Shown: in pieces, positions 13,076 through 23,872 of the stretch
Numbering within the stretch: position 1 is the stretch's first letter
Layout of the letters: every line of letters begins with the position of its first letter
From: Macrostomum lignano
Taxonomy: Eukaryota
Assembly (NCBI GenBank): GCA_002269645.1
Contig: NIVC01000368.1
Coordinates: forward strand, 269,864 to 333,863
Reading direction: 5' to 3'
DNA length: 64,000 nt
Translations under genes and position numbers: made by a program
The notes under the pieces: model-generated
Told to the model about the DNA's origin: nothing
The model's input: the letters and a program-made list of their open reading frames with translations, nothing else
Databases searched by the model: none

Positions 13076-13345
13076 AAGACTGCACTGAGGCGCATTGCTG
13101 ATTGGCGCACAGGGTTGCATTGAATTCACTAGCGCTTATGGAAAAAACTGGACCTTCTAGCAGAATTCTCGAATATCTTGACGGCCCGGATGGCTGGCCA
13201 CTTGATTCTTGTTTGAGAGGGTGCGCAACTGAAAGTTGGCCCGTGTTCTGAAATTGTCGTGTGTCGGCGTTGCTTCGTTCTGGTGTAGCAAAAACATTGT
13301 CAGGAGGGTTAGGAAATTGCCCACCCTCGGTAGCTTGGCTGGACA
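13075..13345 (+). mobile_element. Repeat family X, direct partial copy (a further 3' fragment lies at 13706-13820)
   Basis: Matches 22380-22630, e.g. CACTAGCGCTTATGG..CCTTCTAGCAGAAT..GAATATCT..GTGCGCAACT. Confidence 0.85.
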
Positions 13346-13379
13346 AGAATAATTTGCTTAATTGGTATTCCTACTGTTT

Positions 13380-13705
13380 ATCGATTTTGCGCACGGTTTG
13401 AGAGCCCCAAAACAATGTTTAACAATAGAAGCAGTCGTGGAATTGTTTTGAAGAAATTGGTTTGCCAAAATTATTTAAAACTTTTTGCATGAAAAGGCTA
13501 ATTTGAATTGAATGAGAATGTGGAATTCATAAATTTTAGTTATCTTTTTTCCATACTTAGCTTTTCTAGAGCAGGAATTGAAGCAATAAATATTTTCCTG
13601 GTATTTTACTTGATATTGACTTCTGATCAATTTTAGCGTCTTTTGCCCTACTTTGAAGTTACGGCACCGTATTCAGATCACGGCACAAATACTTTGTAGA
13701 AATAT
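13380..13705 (+). mobile_element. Dispersed repeat family Y, copy 1
   Basis: Closely matches 16737-17080, e.g. TCGATTTTGCGCACGGTTTGAGAGCCCCAAAACAATG..GATATTGACTTCTGATCAATTTT..GAAGTTACGGCA..CACAAATACTTTGTAGAAATAT. Confidence 0.9.
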
Positions 13706-14028
13706 GTCCGTGTTCTTGAATTTCGTGTGCCTGCGCTGCTCCGTTCCGTAACAGAAAAAAATGGTCACCCCCTCCTCTTGGTAGTTCGACGGGCGGAAAA
13801 ATGGCTTTGTAATTCCTACTGTAAAAATAGTGCTGAATATAAATTCTCATTGTTCCTTTGTCCTCATGTCAACGATTCATCGATAGTAAAACAAGAGCTG
13901 CTAACGCAGAAAAGTGCATTTTAGATTGCAACAATACGTTTTCACTCTTCGAGCATCAGCTGTTACTTGACTTCTGTCAGACATTTTATTGTTAACTTCG
14001 GAATCAGTCCAAGATTTAGAGTTCTGTG

Positions 14029-16721
14029 TCAAGAGCAGATTAAGGCCAGCGTCTTACAGCACTCAGACTTCACCTGACTGCAGTAGTAGCTCTTGGTCTC
14101 TGCACTCCAAGCCTCAGCGATTTTCTGATAGAAGTTGTTGCACTGCTCGGCCGAGGCATTGTCGCCGAAAAAGCAGGACATATCGATGACTGGGACCTGC
14201 GAGTCGTAGGTACACTGTCCGTTCCAGTTGCAGCTCTTCTGACTGCCGCATGGGGTGCCGACCGGAGCGCGAAGGCCGCCATATGTCGTCGCCATCGATC
14301 CCCCGGTCTTGTAGCAGTACAGTTTGGCGCACATCAAATCTGGGTTTTTTCTGAAATGCTCATGCACGTAACATTTGCCAGGACTGAGTGGGTAACTGAG
14401 ACGGCACACCTGATCGAGGGACATGCGAGCTCCTTCGCGGACAGAGCCTGTCAGTTGACTGACTGAGGTACCTTGTGGAGACTTCAGACACGCTGCTTTA
14501 CCTTGTTAAGAGGTATATATAATAAAGTTTACGAGTGTCAATAAAATAATCTCCTGACCAAAATTGTATAATACCTTTCTCCCCATGCGCGTTTAATCCG
14601 ATCTCATGCAACCCCGGATATTCAGGTCCTAATTCCCGATATCACTCATCAGATGACCCACTAGCTGCCACACCACTCCTTTGTCACCTAACCCAACCTA
14701 GCTCCGCGCAATTATTTAAAATCACTCAATTGTTGAGCACGCTTGACGAAACCCATATGCCCGCAGACTATTTTTTCTAGTACCGCGTGAATCCTCGTTT
14801 CGATTCCCTCGTAAAGGGGGTGGGGCATTTTACTAAACCAATGGTTATAAGCGCCTCGGCGTTATAGCTCGTTTCTGCCCTCTGCAGCCCATCAATATTG
14901 GTATAATAGTGCAGATAACTCCATGGCCAGTCCGTGCAAAAGACAAACAGACGAAATCTAGAATTCCCCGGTGAAATTCCTCGCTCTAGAATTTGTCTTC
15001 GCTGCCTATTTATTGGAAAACCTCGCATCGAGTCAAGAATCTCAGTAGCTATCACTATTGATATACAATTACGAGTACTTAACTATGTACTAACTACGTA
15101 CTAGGTACTTACTAGTCTAGCCGTAGTATCCTAAAAACTTCAAGTCGCAGGCTGGGAATCCCGTCTCATTAGCAGCAGTTTGGTCACTCCACCACGCCAC
15201 AAGCTACTCAAGTTCCCAACATTAACTGTTTAGGTGGATTTTCCTAGGGAATGAGGCCTGCATGGCGGTCGTACATTATTGACACCAAAACCCGAAGTCG
15301 GCGCCAACTAGGACAGCGCACAGGTTACAGCACTTACAGAAGCACTTACATTGTCCTAATAGACTTTCAATACACTGCTTTACCTACACTCGTATATTCA
15401 GCTGGCTATGGGATCCAAAATTACAGTTAGTGACGGATTGGTTAATGATCTTCATTGAGTAAGATATATCGACTAGCTGAATCTACAGGCTTCGCAATCT
15501 GATTAAAACAAAAATTCAGTTTAAATGCTTACTGGATTTGATGTAGCTTTGGATGTGCCTCACTGTGCACGGAGAGAACCGATAGGAATTGGCTACGTTG
15601 CTGAGATTGTCGCCGCACCCCAACTGTGGAGGCCCAAATCTTCGACAATGCTGACCTTCCACTGTCCGCAGGCGCCCCTTATGTAAGCCATTCCTGCGGG
15701 GCCCGAGTTTCCGTCGGCCCCAATGTCCCTGCGCGTGAAACCCATCACGTGATCGGCCCTGCTACCTTTCGCGTACATGTACGCTATGATGCTGCTGAGA
15801 ATGGTGATTCCATCTCTTGCTAAAAAGGAGCAGTTTAAGTAAATGCTTCAACGTTTAAATCCTAATAAGTAACGCTATGAGTAACTTTTTTGTCACTGCA
15901 TCGCATACCGTCAGCCGAGTTATCCGGTGGCATCCACTTTGCATCGGCTTCAGTCTTAGCCAGTGTTAACCCAATGCACCTGACACTGATTGACGGACGG
16001 CCGATGTTCCTGAAGATCGTGTCCATGCCAATCACAATGTGAGAATAGTAGAAGTGCAGCTCAGTCAACGCTTTGTCGTCAGTACCGAAAATTGTCTTGA
16101 AAGTCTTCCAAACGGTGTGATCAATGAGGATGTGGATCTCAACTTGATAGTCGGTAGCCTCTCCATTCACTCGACGCTTCTTTCGACTCAGAACGCGCTC
16201 GAACTGCGGACCATCTGTCTGCGAGTCAGTTCCGTTGCTTTTAGAAACGCGGTGCCCGGAGTCGCCGATTGGCTGGATGAAATACAAGGCGTCTTCGTGT
16301 GTCACGTGACCGCTGATGCGCTTTACGTCGTTCTCGTGTCGAACGCTAAGCACAGCTTTGCGATCGATGTTTCTGTAGTGAGCGTGATCTCCGTGTTGGG
16401 CTTGTCGGCCAGAGAACGTCCTGGAGACTCCATCGCCCGTCACAGTGACTACAGCATCATCCAACGGAGCAGTTTTGGTCAGTGGAATGCGGACTTTCTT
16501 GGTGGTGTTGGGCAGCTGGAGCTCGATCTCCATGGATGATGGGTGAGGTCCGTCACCACTGGATCGCGTCACTGACACCGAGGCCTTGGCCACCGTAAAA
16601 GCAATGGACAGCAACAGGACTGAAAATGCGGCAGATTTATCTCTTGCATATTTGGTTTGGTTTTAAATTTGAAAAAAGAAAGAGCGGCTCAGCCGGCAGA
16701 GGACTAACCTGTTTTTAGCAT
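14029..16721 (-). pseudogene. Secreted ADAMTS-like M12B (reprolysin) metalloprotease lacking the Zn-binding motif, with a frameshift
   Basis: Exons 16721-16709, 16619-15909, 15819-15533, 14501-14029. It has a signal peptide (MLKTVLLLSIAFTVAKAS), a prodomain ending in furin site RKKR, VEIHILID, GMAYIRGACG, FSPCT, an ADAMTS-type Cys-rich domain and a PLAC/ShK-like C-terminus. There is no HExxH, and an in-frame TAG lies at 15593-15595. Confidence 0.75.
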
Positions 16722-16736
16722 TTTTATCGATTTTTT

Positions 16737-17080
16737 TCTCGATTTTGCGCACGGTTTGAGAGCCCCAAAACAATGTTAAAAAATAGAAGCAGTCGTGGAA
16801 TTGTTTTCAAGAATTTGGTTTGCCAAAATTATTTAAAACTTTTTGCATGGAAGGCTCCTTTAAATAGTATAAGAGTGCAGCATTCTTCAATTTTTTATAG
16901 TAATCTCTCTTCATTACTTTAGCTTCTCTAGAACAGGAATTAAAGCAACACTTCGGTTTTTGACTCGATATTGACTTCTGATCAATTTTCTCCTCTTTTT
17001 CCGTGGAATTCCTGCCCTGCCCGACTTTGAAGTTACGGCATCGTATTCAGATCACAGCACAAATACTTTGTAGAAATATT
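16737..17080 (+). mobile_element. Dispersed repeat family Y, copy 2
   Basis: Direct repeat of 13380-13705. It begins about 16 bp upstream of the metalloprotease ATG. Confidence 0.9.
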
Positions 17081-17200
17081 ATACCAATATTGTTGGGCTG
17101 CAGAAGGCAGAAATGAGCTATAACGCCGAGTCGCGTAGCGCCGAGGAGTGTTAGCTCGTTTCTGCCCGATGCGGCCCATCCATATTAGTGTTATAGTTAG
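17080..17200. mobile_element. Palindromic (foldback) non-autonomous element; a single arm recurs at ~14850-14915
   Basis: TATACCAATATTGTTGGGCTGCAGAAGGCAGAAATGAGCTA pairs imperfectly with TAGCTCGTTTCTGCCCGATGCGGCCCATCCATATTAGTGTTATA. The same arm is present in the last metalloprotease intron. Confidence 0.7.
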
Positions 17201-18449
17201 CGGGCGTCAAACCGCGTTTCACAGCCCGCTGAGACTGTCTATGGTAAAATCCCATTTACTCCAATGCATTCAGTTGGTTTCACTCATGGATGAATAATAT
17301 AACTGGATCGCTAGAAGCTCTATTTTTTTGGTCCTAGCCATAGACAAGCACCAGCATCACAAGAGGCTCATAATGCCGTACTTTCACACATAGACAAATA
17401 GCCGCTGCAGAAGCTGCAAACCTTTATTTATAAGTATTCTATTTTATGGACATGCCGTACTTTCACACATAGACAAATAGCCGCTGCAGAAGCTGCAATG
17501 GTAGCTATTTGGTAGGATGCGGTTTAAGTCATTTTAAAGAAGAGACTTGCCGCTTTCAAACGACACCAAAATCCAAATTTATGTCAATGCAGCCTACCAA
17601 ACGTCCACAACAAATAAAAGTAACACTTACTTTCCGGACAGCCCTCGTAGCTGCGGTGTAGTTCCAGATCACCAACCTGCTTTGAGGAGCAAGACCAGGA
17701 CCAGATTCTATCAACAATTCGTATTTCAACTCTTTTCCGCGATTTTTATGCCTTTGTCGTCTCCCCATGTTTGTGCCTTCGTGCTTGTGTTTGTTATGTT
17801 ATTCCTTCTTTTTGGTCACAAGCTCTTTGTACACGTGGCTCTGTACATTCTATCCTCTGCCCCTGAGAGGTAAATCGTTTTTATTCATAATCGTTATTCT
17901 ATCGCTGACAATTTATAAATTTAATGCTATATCGATCATTGATGCCAATATTTACTCTCGTACTTCGTTTACTTTGTTCGACAATCTTAACCCTTGCTTA
18001 CATATCAAAAGTTTATATCTGGTCTTCCTCTTATTAAAAACAATAAAAATTGTGTACTTAAAAAATTAAAACCTCCATTCTCCGTAATGTATTTTTTCGG
18101 TAAACTCCCCTCCAAAATATTTTCCAAGAAATTTTGTTTCCTGTCCGTCTACTTGAGTAGTGCTGACGTGTATACATAATTGTACTTACAGTATGACCCT
18201 AATCTTAAAATATACCTTACTTGCTTACACTGTAGAAGTATCTAAACTAACAATTGCACCCATCAAAACTAATTGAATGGCATCAGAAATGAAAATAAAT
18301 GCTCTGGCCTTCCATTCCTTCCATTCCTTTTTGAAGCATTCAAAATATGTACACAGCTGCAGTTGGCTTTACAGAAATAATGAAGAAATTAAATTCATCG
18401 CTGACAGGCTGTCCATAGTCACCTGGTGCCACCTGCTGAAGGTGCCAAC

Positions 18450-18707
18450 TGTAATGACTCAGAAGTCAGTCTCAATTTTGCAGTGCGAAAACGCTTGGCC
18501 CTCCAAGTAGGGCGAGAGCGCCGATATATATTTTTTGGCTTTAGGTCTCGACCAATCACGTGCGGCCGCGTAGGCATAACAGGCATAAAAAGGGGGGAGG
18601 AAAGCCGGGGGTACAGTGTACACAAACTAAGTACAGTGCGTGAGCACCCCACACTGCTAGGCACCCCGTTTAGCAAAAACAAGCGAGTGCAGGGCTGCGG
18701 CATGACA
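18450..18707 (-). repeat. Candidate 3' LTR of the Gypsy element
   Basis: On the minus strand it runs TGTCATG...CATTACA (TG..CA), preceded by a polypurine tract GGGGAGAA and lying ~125 bp after the pol stop. No second LTR is available for confirmation. Confidence 0.55.
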
Positions 18708-21700
18708 ATTCTCCCCGAGTGGAATAAAAATAATAGGAATTTGGACTAAAAAAGGAATATTGGAGGCAACATGATTGCCAGAAATAAATAGCGAAGCGCG
18801 CACGAAAGTTCGCAAAGAAATCAAACAGTCAGTTAGCGCATGCGCAAATCAGCTTCTTTATAGTTCTTGTCTCCGCCTTTGGCCTGGCGCGGGTGCGGCC
18901 GAGCCGCGATCGGCGACTCCACCTCGTCCGAGCTGCCTGGGATGCCACGCGGCTGCGGCGCCGGCCCGGCTGGCTGGTCTGGTGGTTCTGGCAGCCACTT
19001 GACCTGCGTGGCGTGCCTGCGGCAGGTGGTGTCGTCGCGCTGCATGACCAGCGAGTCGCCGAGCACTTCGGACACGACCCACGGCGTCGACTCGTAGAAG
19101 GCGTCGGCCTTTTGTCTGGACTGCAGCCGTCGCAGGACGCGGTCTCCTGGCCGAATGTCGTGGTCTGCTGCCTTGGCCCTTTGGTCGGCGTAGTGCTTCA
19201 TCTTCGCCTTGGACTGCTGGTCCTTGTCCTTGATGGCTGCTCTCGTCGCGTCCACCGGCTGCGATTGCTGGAGGTTGGGAATCGTGTCGGTGATCTGCCG
19301 CCCGAACAGGAGGCTGGCGGGCGCGATCCCAGTAGCGCTGTGCGGAGTGCGTCTGTACGCGGCCAGGTACTCGTCGATCGCTGCCGTCCAGTCCCTGCCT
19401 TCGGCCACGGCCGCACGGATGGCCTTGTTGAGTCCCTGGTTGCACCTTTCCGTAGCGCCGTTGGCCTGTGGGTACAGCGGAGTGATTCGGTGGTGCCTGG
19501 CGCCTTGGTCCGCCAGGAAGCTGCTGAACTCGGCCGACGCGTAGGGCGGGCCGTTGTCGGTCGTCACTTTCATCGGCTGCCCGAAGATGCTTAACCAATT
19601 CCGCAGCACGCGAATGACTGCGGCGGCGGTGGTGCTGGACATGACCTCGACCAGTGGGAAGCGCGAGAAGTGATCCGTGCAGACGAGCAGCGACTTGCCG
19701 TTGACGGGCCCGAGGAAGTCCATGCCGAGCTCCAGCCAGGGCGCCGCCGGTAGTTCGGTCGGCTTGAGCGGCGTCCCCTTCGGCGTGGTCTCGCGGGTGC
19801 GGGTGCAGATCTGGCAGCTCAGGCAGGCCGCCACGTGAGACTCGACTGATGCTCGCATGCTGGGCCACCAGACCTTGGCTTGAAGGCGATCCAGCGTCTT
19901 TCTGATGCCCTGGTGGCCTTGATGCGCCAGCTGCAGGCATCGGTAGCGCAGTGCTGTTGGCATGAAGATCTGGCCCTGACGCAGCAGCAGGCCGTCGAGC
20001 TCGGACAACTCGTGGGCGACGCCGTGCAGCCCCCTCAGGTTCGGGTCGCTCTTGTCCCAGCGATGACCGCGGATGCCATGGAGCGCAGCTTGGACTGTGG
20101 CATCTTGGTCGGAGGCCGCTTTGATGGTCGCCAGGCTGATGGACACCGGCGTTGCCGCTTGGACTGCCGTGGCCACGTAGATGGCGTCTTCTTGCTCACC
20201 AACGTTGTTGGGTGGCATCGGCAGCGGCTGGCGGCTCAAAACGTCGGACGGGTTGTTGGCACCGGGCTGGTACACCACCTGGAACACGAGGTCTTGCAGC
20301 CGCAGTGCCATTCGCTCGATCCTTGGCGGTGGACGAGATCCCGGACTGAACAGCGAGATCAGCGGCTTGTGGTCGGTGATGACCTTGAACTGTCCGCCGC
20401 CGCTGAGGTAGTGATGGAATTTCAGTCCGCCGTACTTCACTGCCAGGGCCTCGCGCTCCGTCTGGGAGTAGCGCTGCTCCGTCGGGCTCAGACTGCGGCT
20501 GGCGTAGGCCACCGGCCGTGTCGATCCGTCAGGCTGCACCTGGGCCAGGATGGCGCCGACGCCGGTCGGGTTGGCGTCGATGATCAGCTGGGTCTGCAGT
20601 TCGCTGTTGAAGAACGCCAGCGCCTGGCTGCTGGAGATCGTGCGCTTGATGTCGTTGAAAGTGGCTTCCTGCTGCTCGCCCCAGGTCCACTCGGCGGCTC
20701 GCTTCGTCAGCTCCCGCAACGGCCGGGCTCTGTCGGACAGGTTGCTGATGAAGCGGGCCACGAAGGTGACGAGGCCCAGGAAGGAGCGGACCTCGGTCGC
20801 GTTGGTTGGCCGCTTGAAGCTGCGGACGGCCTCCACCTTCTCCTTGCTCGGGTGGATGCCGGCGGCCGTGAGGCGCATGGCAAGGAAGTCGACCTCCCGC
20901 TGGGCGAATCGACACTTCTTGGCGTTCAGTGTGATGTTGCTCTCCTTTAGCCGAGCCAGGCAGTCTCGAAGACGCTGATTGTGCTCCTTGATGTCCTTCG
21001 CGTACACCAGGATGTCGTCATGCACCCAGCGTACGCCCGGGAGACCGCTCAGGACGGAGGTCATCACCCGCTGCAGGATCTCCGAGGCGGATGTATAGCC
21101 CATGCAGAGACGGCGCAGTCGCAGGAGGCCGATGGGCGTGGAGAACGTCAGCAGGTCCCTGGACTCCTCGGCGACTTCAATTTGATGGAAGGCTTTGGCG
21201 ACGTCAAGCTCTGAGAAGTACTCAGACCCGGCCATCTCATCAGTCACCTCCTCGAATGTCGGGATCGGTTGTTTTTCCGGGACCACGTACATGTACTTGT
21301 TGACCTGGCGTAGATCTTGGGTGATGCGCACCTCTCCCTGCTCGGCCTTCGGGACCGCCACCATCCTGGAGCACCAGGCTGTTGGGCCGTGCATGCGCTC
21401 GACGATGCCTTGTGCCAGTTGGTCCTCGAGCTCCTTGACAACTGCTGTCCTCAGGTGGACTGGTACGCGGGACGGTGGCTGGCAGACTGGGTTGGCATCT
21501 GGCCTCAGCTTGATGGTGACGCTGACTCCCTTGACGCATCCGATGCCTTGGAAGCGGTCGCTGAAGCCTGCCAGGATGCTCTGGAGCTGCAGTTGCTTGG
21601 GCAGATGACGGTCCTCGCAGTCCGCTGGCTTGGCCAGGCTGGCCACCATCGCAGATTATTTTCCGACGTCTGGACCAACCCTCAGCATGCCGAGTTTGGT

Positions 21701-22142
21701 GCTGGACGCTCTGCCGAGTATCGGAGTGCAGCTGCTGTTGATGATGATAAAGGTGGCCTCCAACTCGCGGTGGTTTGCACTGACTGGTAGCTTGATCTGG
21801 CCCGCCACCTCCAGCGGTTCGCTGGCGCCGAGTGCGAAGACTCTGGTGTTGGACGGTGTCAGCGGCGTGCCAGGGCGGCAGACTCTGCAGAACGTCGCCT
21901 TGTCCAGAACGTTGCAGCTTGCCCCGCTGTCAATAAGGGTGCGGGTTTGCTGTCCGTTGATGTTGATGCTGAATTTGGCTCCGTCATCTTTGGCGCTGAG
22001 GGTGCAGAACACTTTGCTCACCGACTGGTCGGCTGGCTGATCTTGCTCTGGCTGCAGTGCGTTGATCTTTGAGCGGCCGCTGAGGCAAGCCTTGGCCAGA
22101 TGATTCATTTTGCCGCAGCTGCTGCACCGCCTGCCTTGGCGT
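18450..22142 (-). mobile_element. Ty3/Gypsy LTR retrotransposon, 5'-truncated (end of gag, PR, RT, RNase H, integrase)
   Basis: Zinc knuckle CSSCGKMNHLAKAC; protease LIDSGASCNV; RT DLRQVN..LDVAKAFHQI..WVHDDILVY; RNase H IDANPTGVGAIL..TDHKPL; integrase HQGHQG..WWP..C..C, MDF, TDNGP, QANGATER. PR and RT are in the same frame, separated by one TAA at 21656-21658. Confidence 0.96.
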
Positions 22143-22650
22143 CCGGGTGATGACGGAATGCTTGAGAGACTAGCTGAGGATGTGCAGCAGTTGAGGTATG
22201 CCCACTGTCGAGGCTTGATCAGCGAAACTTGAGAAATTCGCACCAGGGTTTTCATAGTCACCTGGTACCACCTGTTGAAGGTCCAGAAGCTCCGTCTCGG
22301 TGAAGGCCAGTGACTAACGAAGTCAGAGATGATGCAGACACATGTGGTCGACGTGCTGATGAAATTTGGAGGCTTGGCAAGGCTGCAGTGAGGCGCAGTG
22401 CTGACTGGGGTGTACTGAATACACTAGCGCTTATGGGAAAATTCAGACCTTCTAGCAGAATCGTCGAATATCTCGACGGTCCTGAGTGCTGGCGACTTGA
22501 TTCATGTTTGAGAAGGTGCGCAACTAGAATTTGGTAAGTGCTCTTGAATTTCGTGCGCCTGTGTTGCTCCAGTTTGGTGCAGCAAAAATTGTCAGTGGGG
22601 ATTCCCCCATCTTGGTAGTTCAACGGGCGGCAAATGGCTTGTTGTTCCTT
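22143..22650 (+). mobile_element. Repeat family X, longest copy, abutting the truncated gag
   Basis: Aligns over ~500 bp to the reverse complement of 12650-13075 and to 13075-13345. It ends in GTTCCTTTAA, reminiscent of TTAA-flanked (Kolobok-like) termini; that superfamily guess is weak. Confidence 0.8.
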
Positions 22651-23872
22651 TAAGGACCACTGTAATGCAATTGTTGTACTATAGCGGTCCTTGGCCTTAA
22701 TTTTGAGCCCAAATGTTGATACCTCTAAAGCAGAAACGGACCTTTTGTTGTTGATATTCTTTTTTATTTCTGTAATTCATGATTAGCTTTACCTATGTTA
22801 CTTACTTACCTACGTAGAAGTCGTTTGTAGCATTTCCAATCCGGTTCTATAGTGTTGCTAAATATATATACATTTATTTAACAGTTACACTTGTATATAG
22901 TACGGTTTAGAAAACAGTATAAATACAATACATGTGCTCCGAAGCTTTGTCAGGAATTCATAATCAACTTTAATGTACCCCGAGGAGCGCCCCCCTCTCA
23001 GCCCCGGCCTGAGCGACATCATTTCGATGGAAGTCATTGGTTGCCAGGGGCTAGCGAAATGGGCGATCCTCTCCGCCCACACGCTGTGTCAAGTCAATGG
23101 CACTACATGTACTGTATATCCCAGGCAGTACCATATTCTTTGAGAAATTATTCCCAAAATTATTCAAACAAAAAGACCCAAAACCGATTAAAATTCTGTT
23201 TAATCGCCTTTTTGCCACGAGAGCAGTGAAGTAGGGTCTGTTCTTAAAGGCTCAGACCCACCTCACACTGGCTTACACTGAGCTTAAACTACTTATAAAC
23301 GAGCACATTTCGACTCATTCAAGGTCTCTTCCTTTCTTCTCTGTCTCTCTCTGTCTCTCTGTCTCCCTATCTACTCTTCAATAAGCTCAACCAGTCCTGA
23401 CCTATTGTGCGATGTGCTACGCTTGTGCTGCGCTTTGCGTTACCACCTACCTTGCAGTGCAGACATTTTATCTTAGCTCCAGCCAATCAGTCATTTATAC
23501 AGCTCCTTCTCAGTGCAGAATTGCACATTGCAATTGCTCTTTACTCCAGCCGTCTCTCTCTCCCACTCCTCGCCGCTCTCTTCTCTTATGTCGTCATTGA
23601 CAACGGCAATTTAAATTGCGCGCGAATTCAGTTTTCTATGCGCGATCTTTATAAAAATTATATACTCGTAATACGAGAAAATCTTATACACTGACTTGTT
23701 GGACTCTTTAGCTTAGACTTTAAAAAACACTTAACTGATTATCTACACTTTCTTATCTTAAGATATTTGAATATCAACTTATTTACTTCGAATATTAAAG
23801 ACGCTATGCAAGTTTTGGTAGCTTAAAAACTAAGTAGCTTCAACTAATATTTCTTCAAATAATCAACTTCTG

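Noticed and set aside
14575-14612. HEIG-like peptide (LHEIGLNAHG) on the minus strand as the missing zinc motif
   Set aside because: It lacks the second His of HExxH, lies downstream of the FSPC segment (wrong order), and sits in TE-like intronic sequence.
15345-15385. Short echo of the start of the last metalloprotease exon (GTAAAGCAGTGTATTGAAAGTCT) as an alternative exon
   Set aside because: The similarity is short and it contains an in-frame TGA.
18858-21790. Long overlapping ORFs on both strands within the Gypsy element (360 aa, 356 aa and others)
   Set aside because: These are shadow ORFs expected from GC-rich coding sequence, with no independent motifs.
22143-22261. N-terminal ~40 aa of ORF 21656..22261 as gag sequence
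   Set aside because: This DNA aligns to repeat X (12970-13075), so the ATG and leader are fortuitous.
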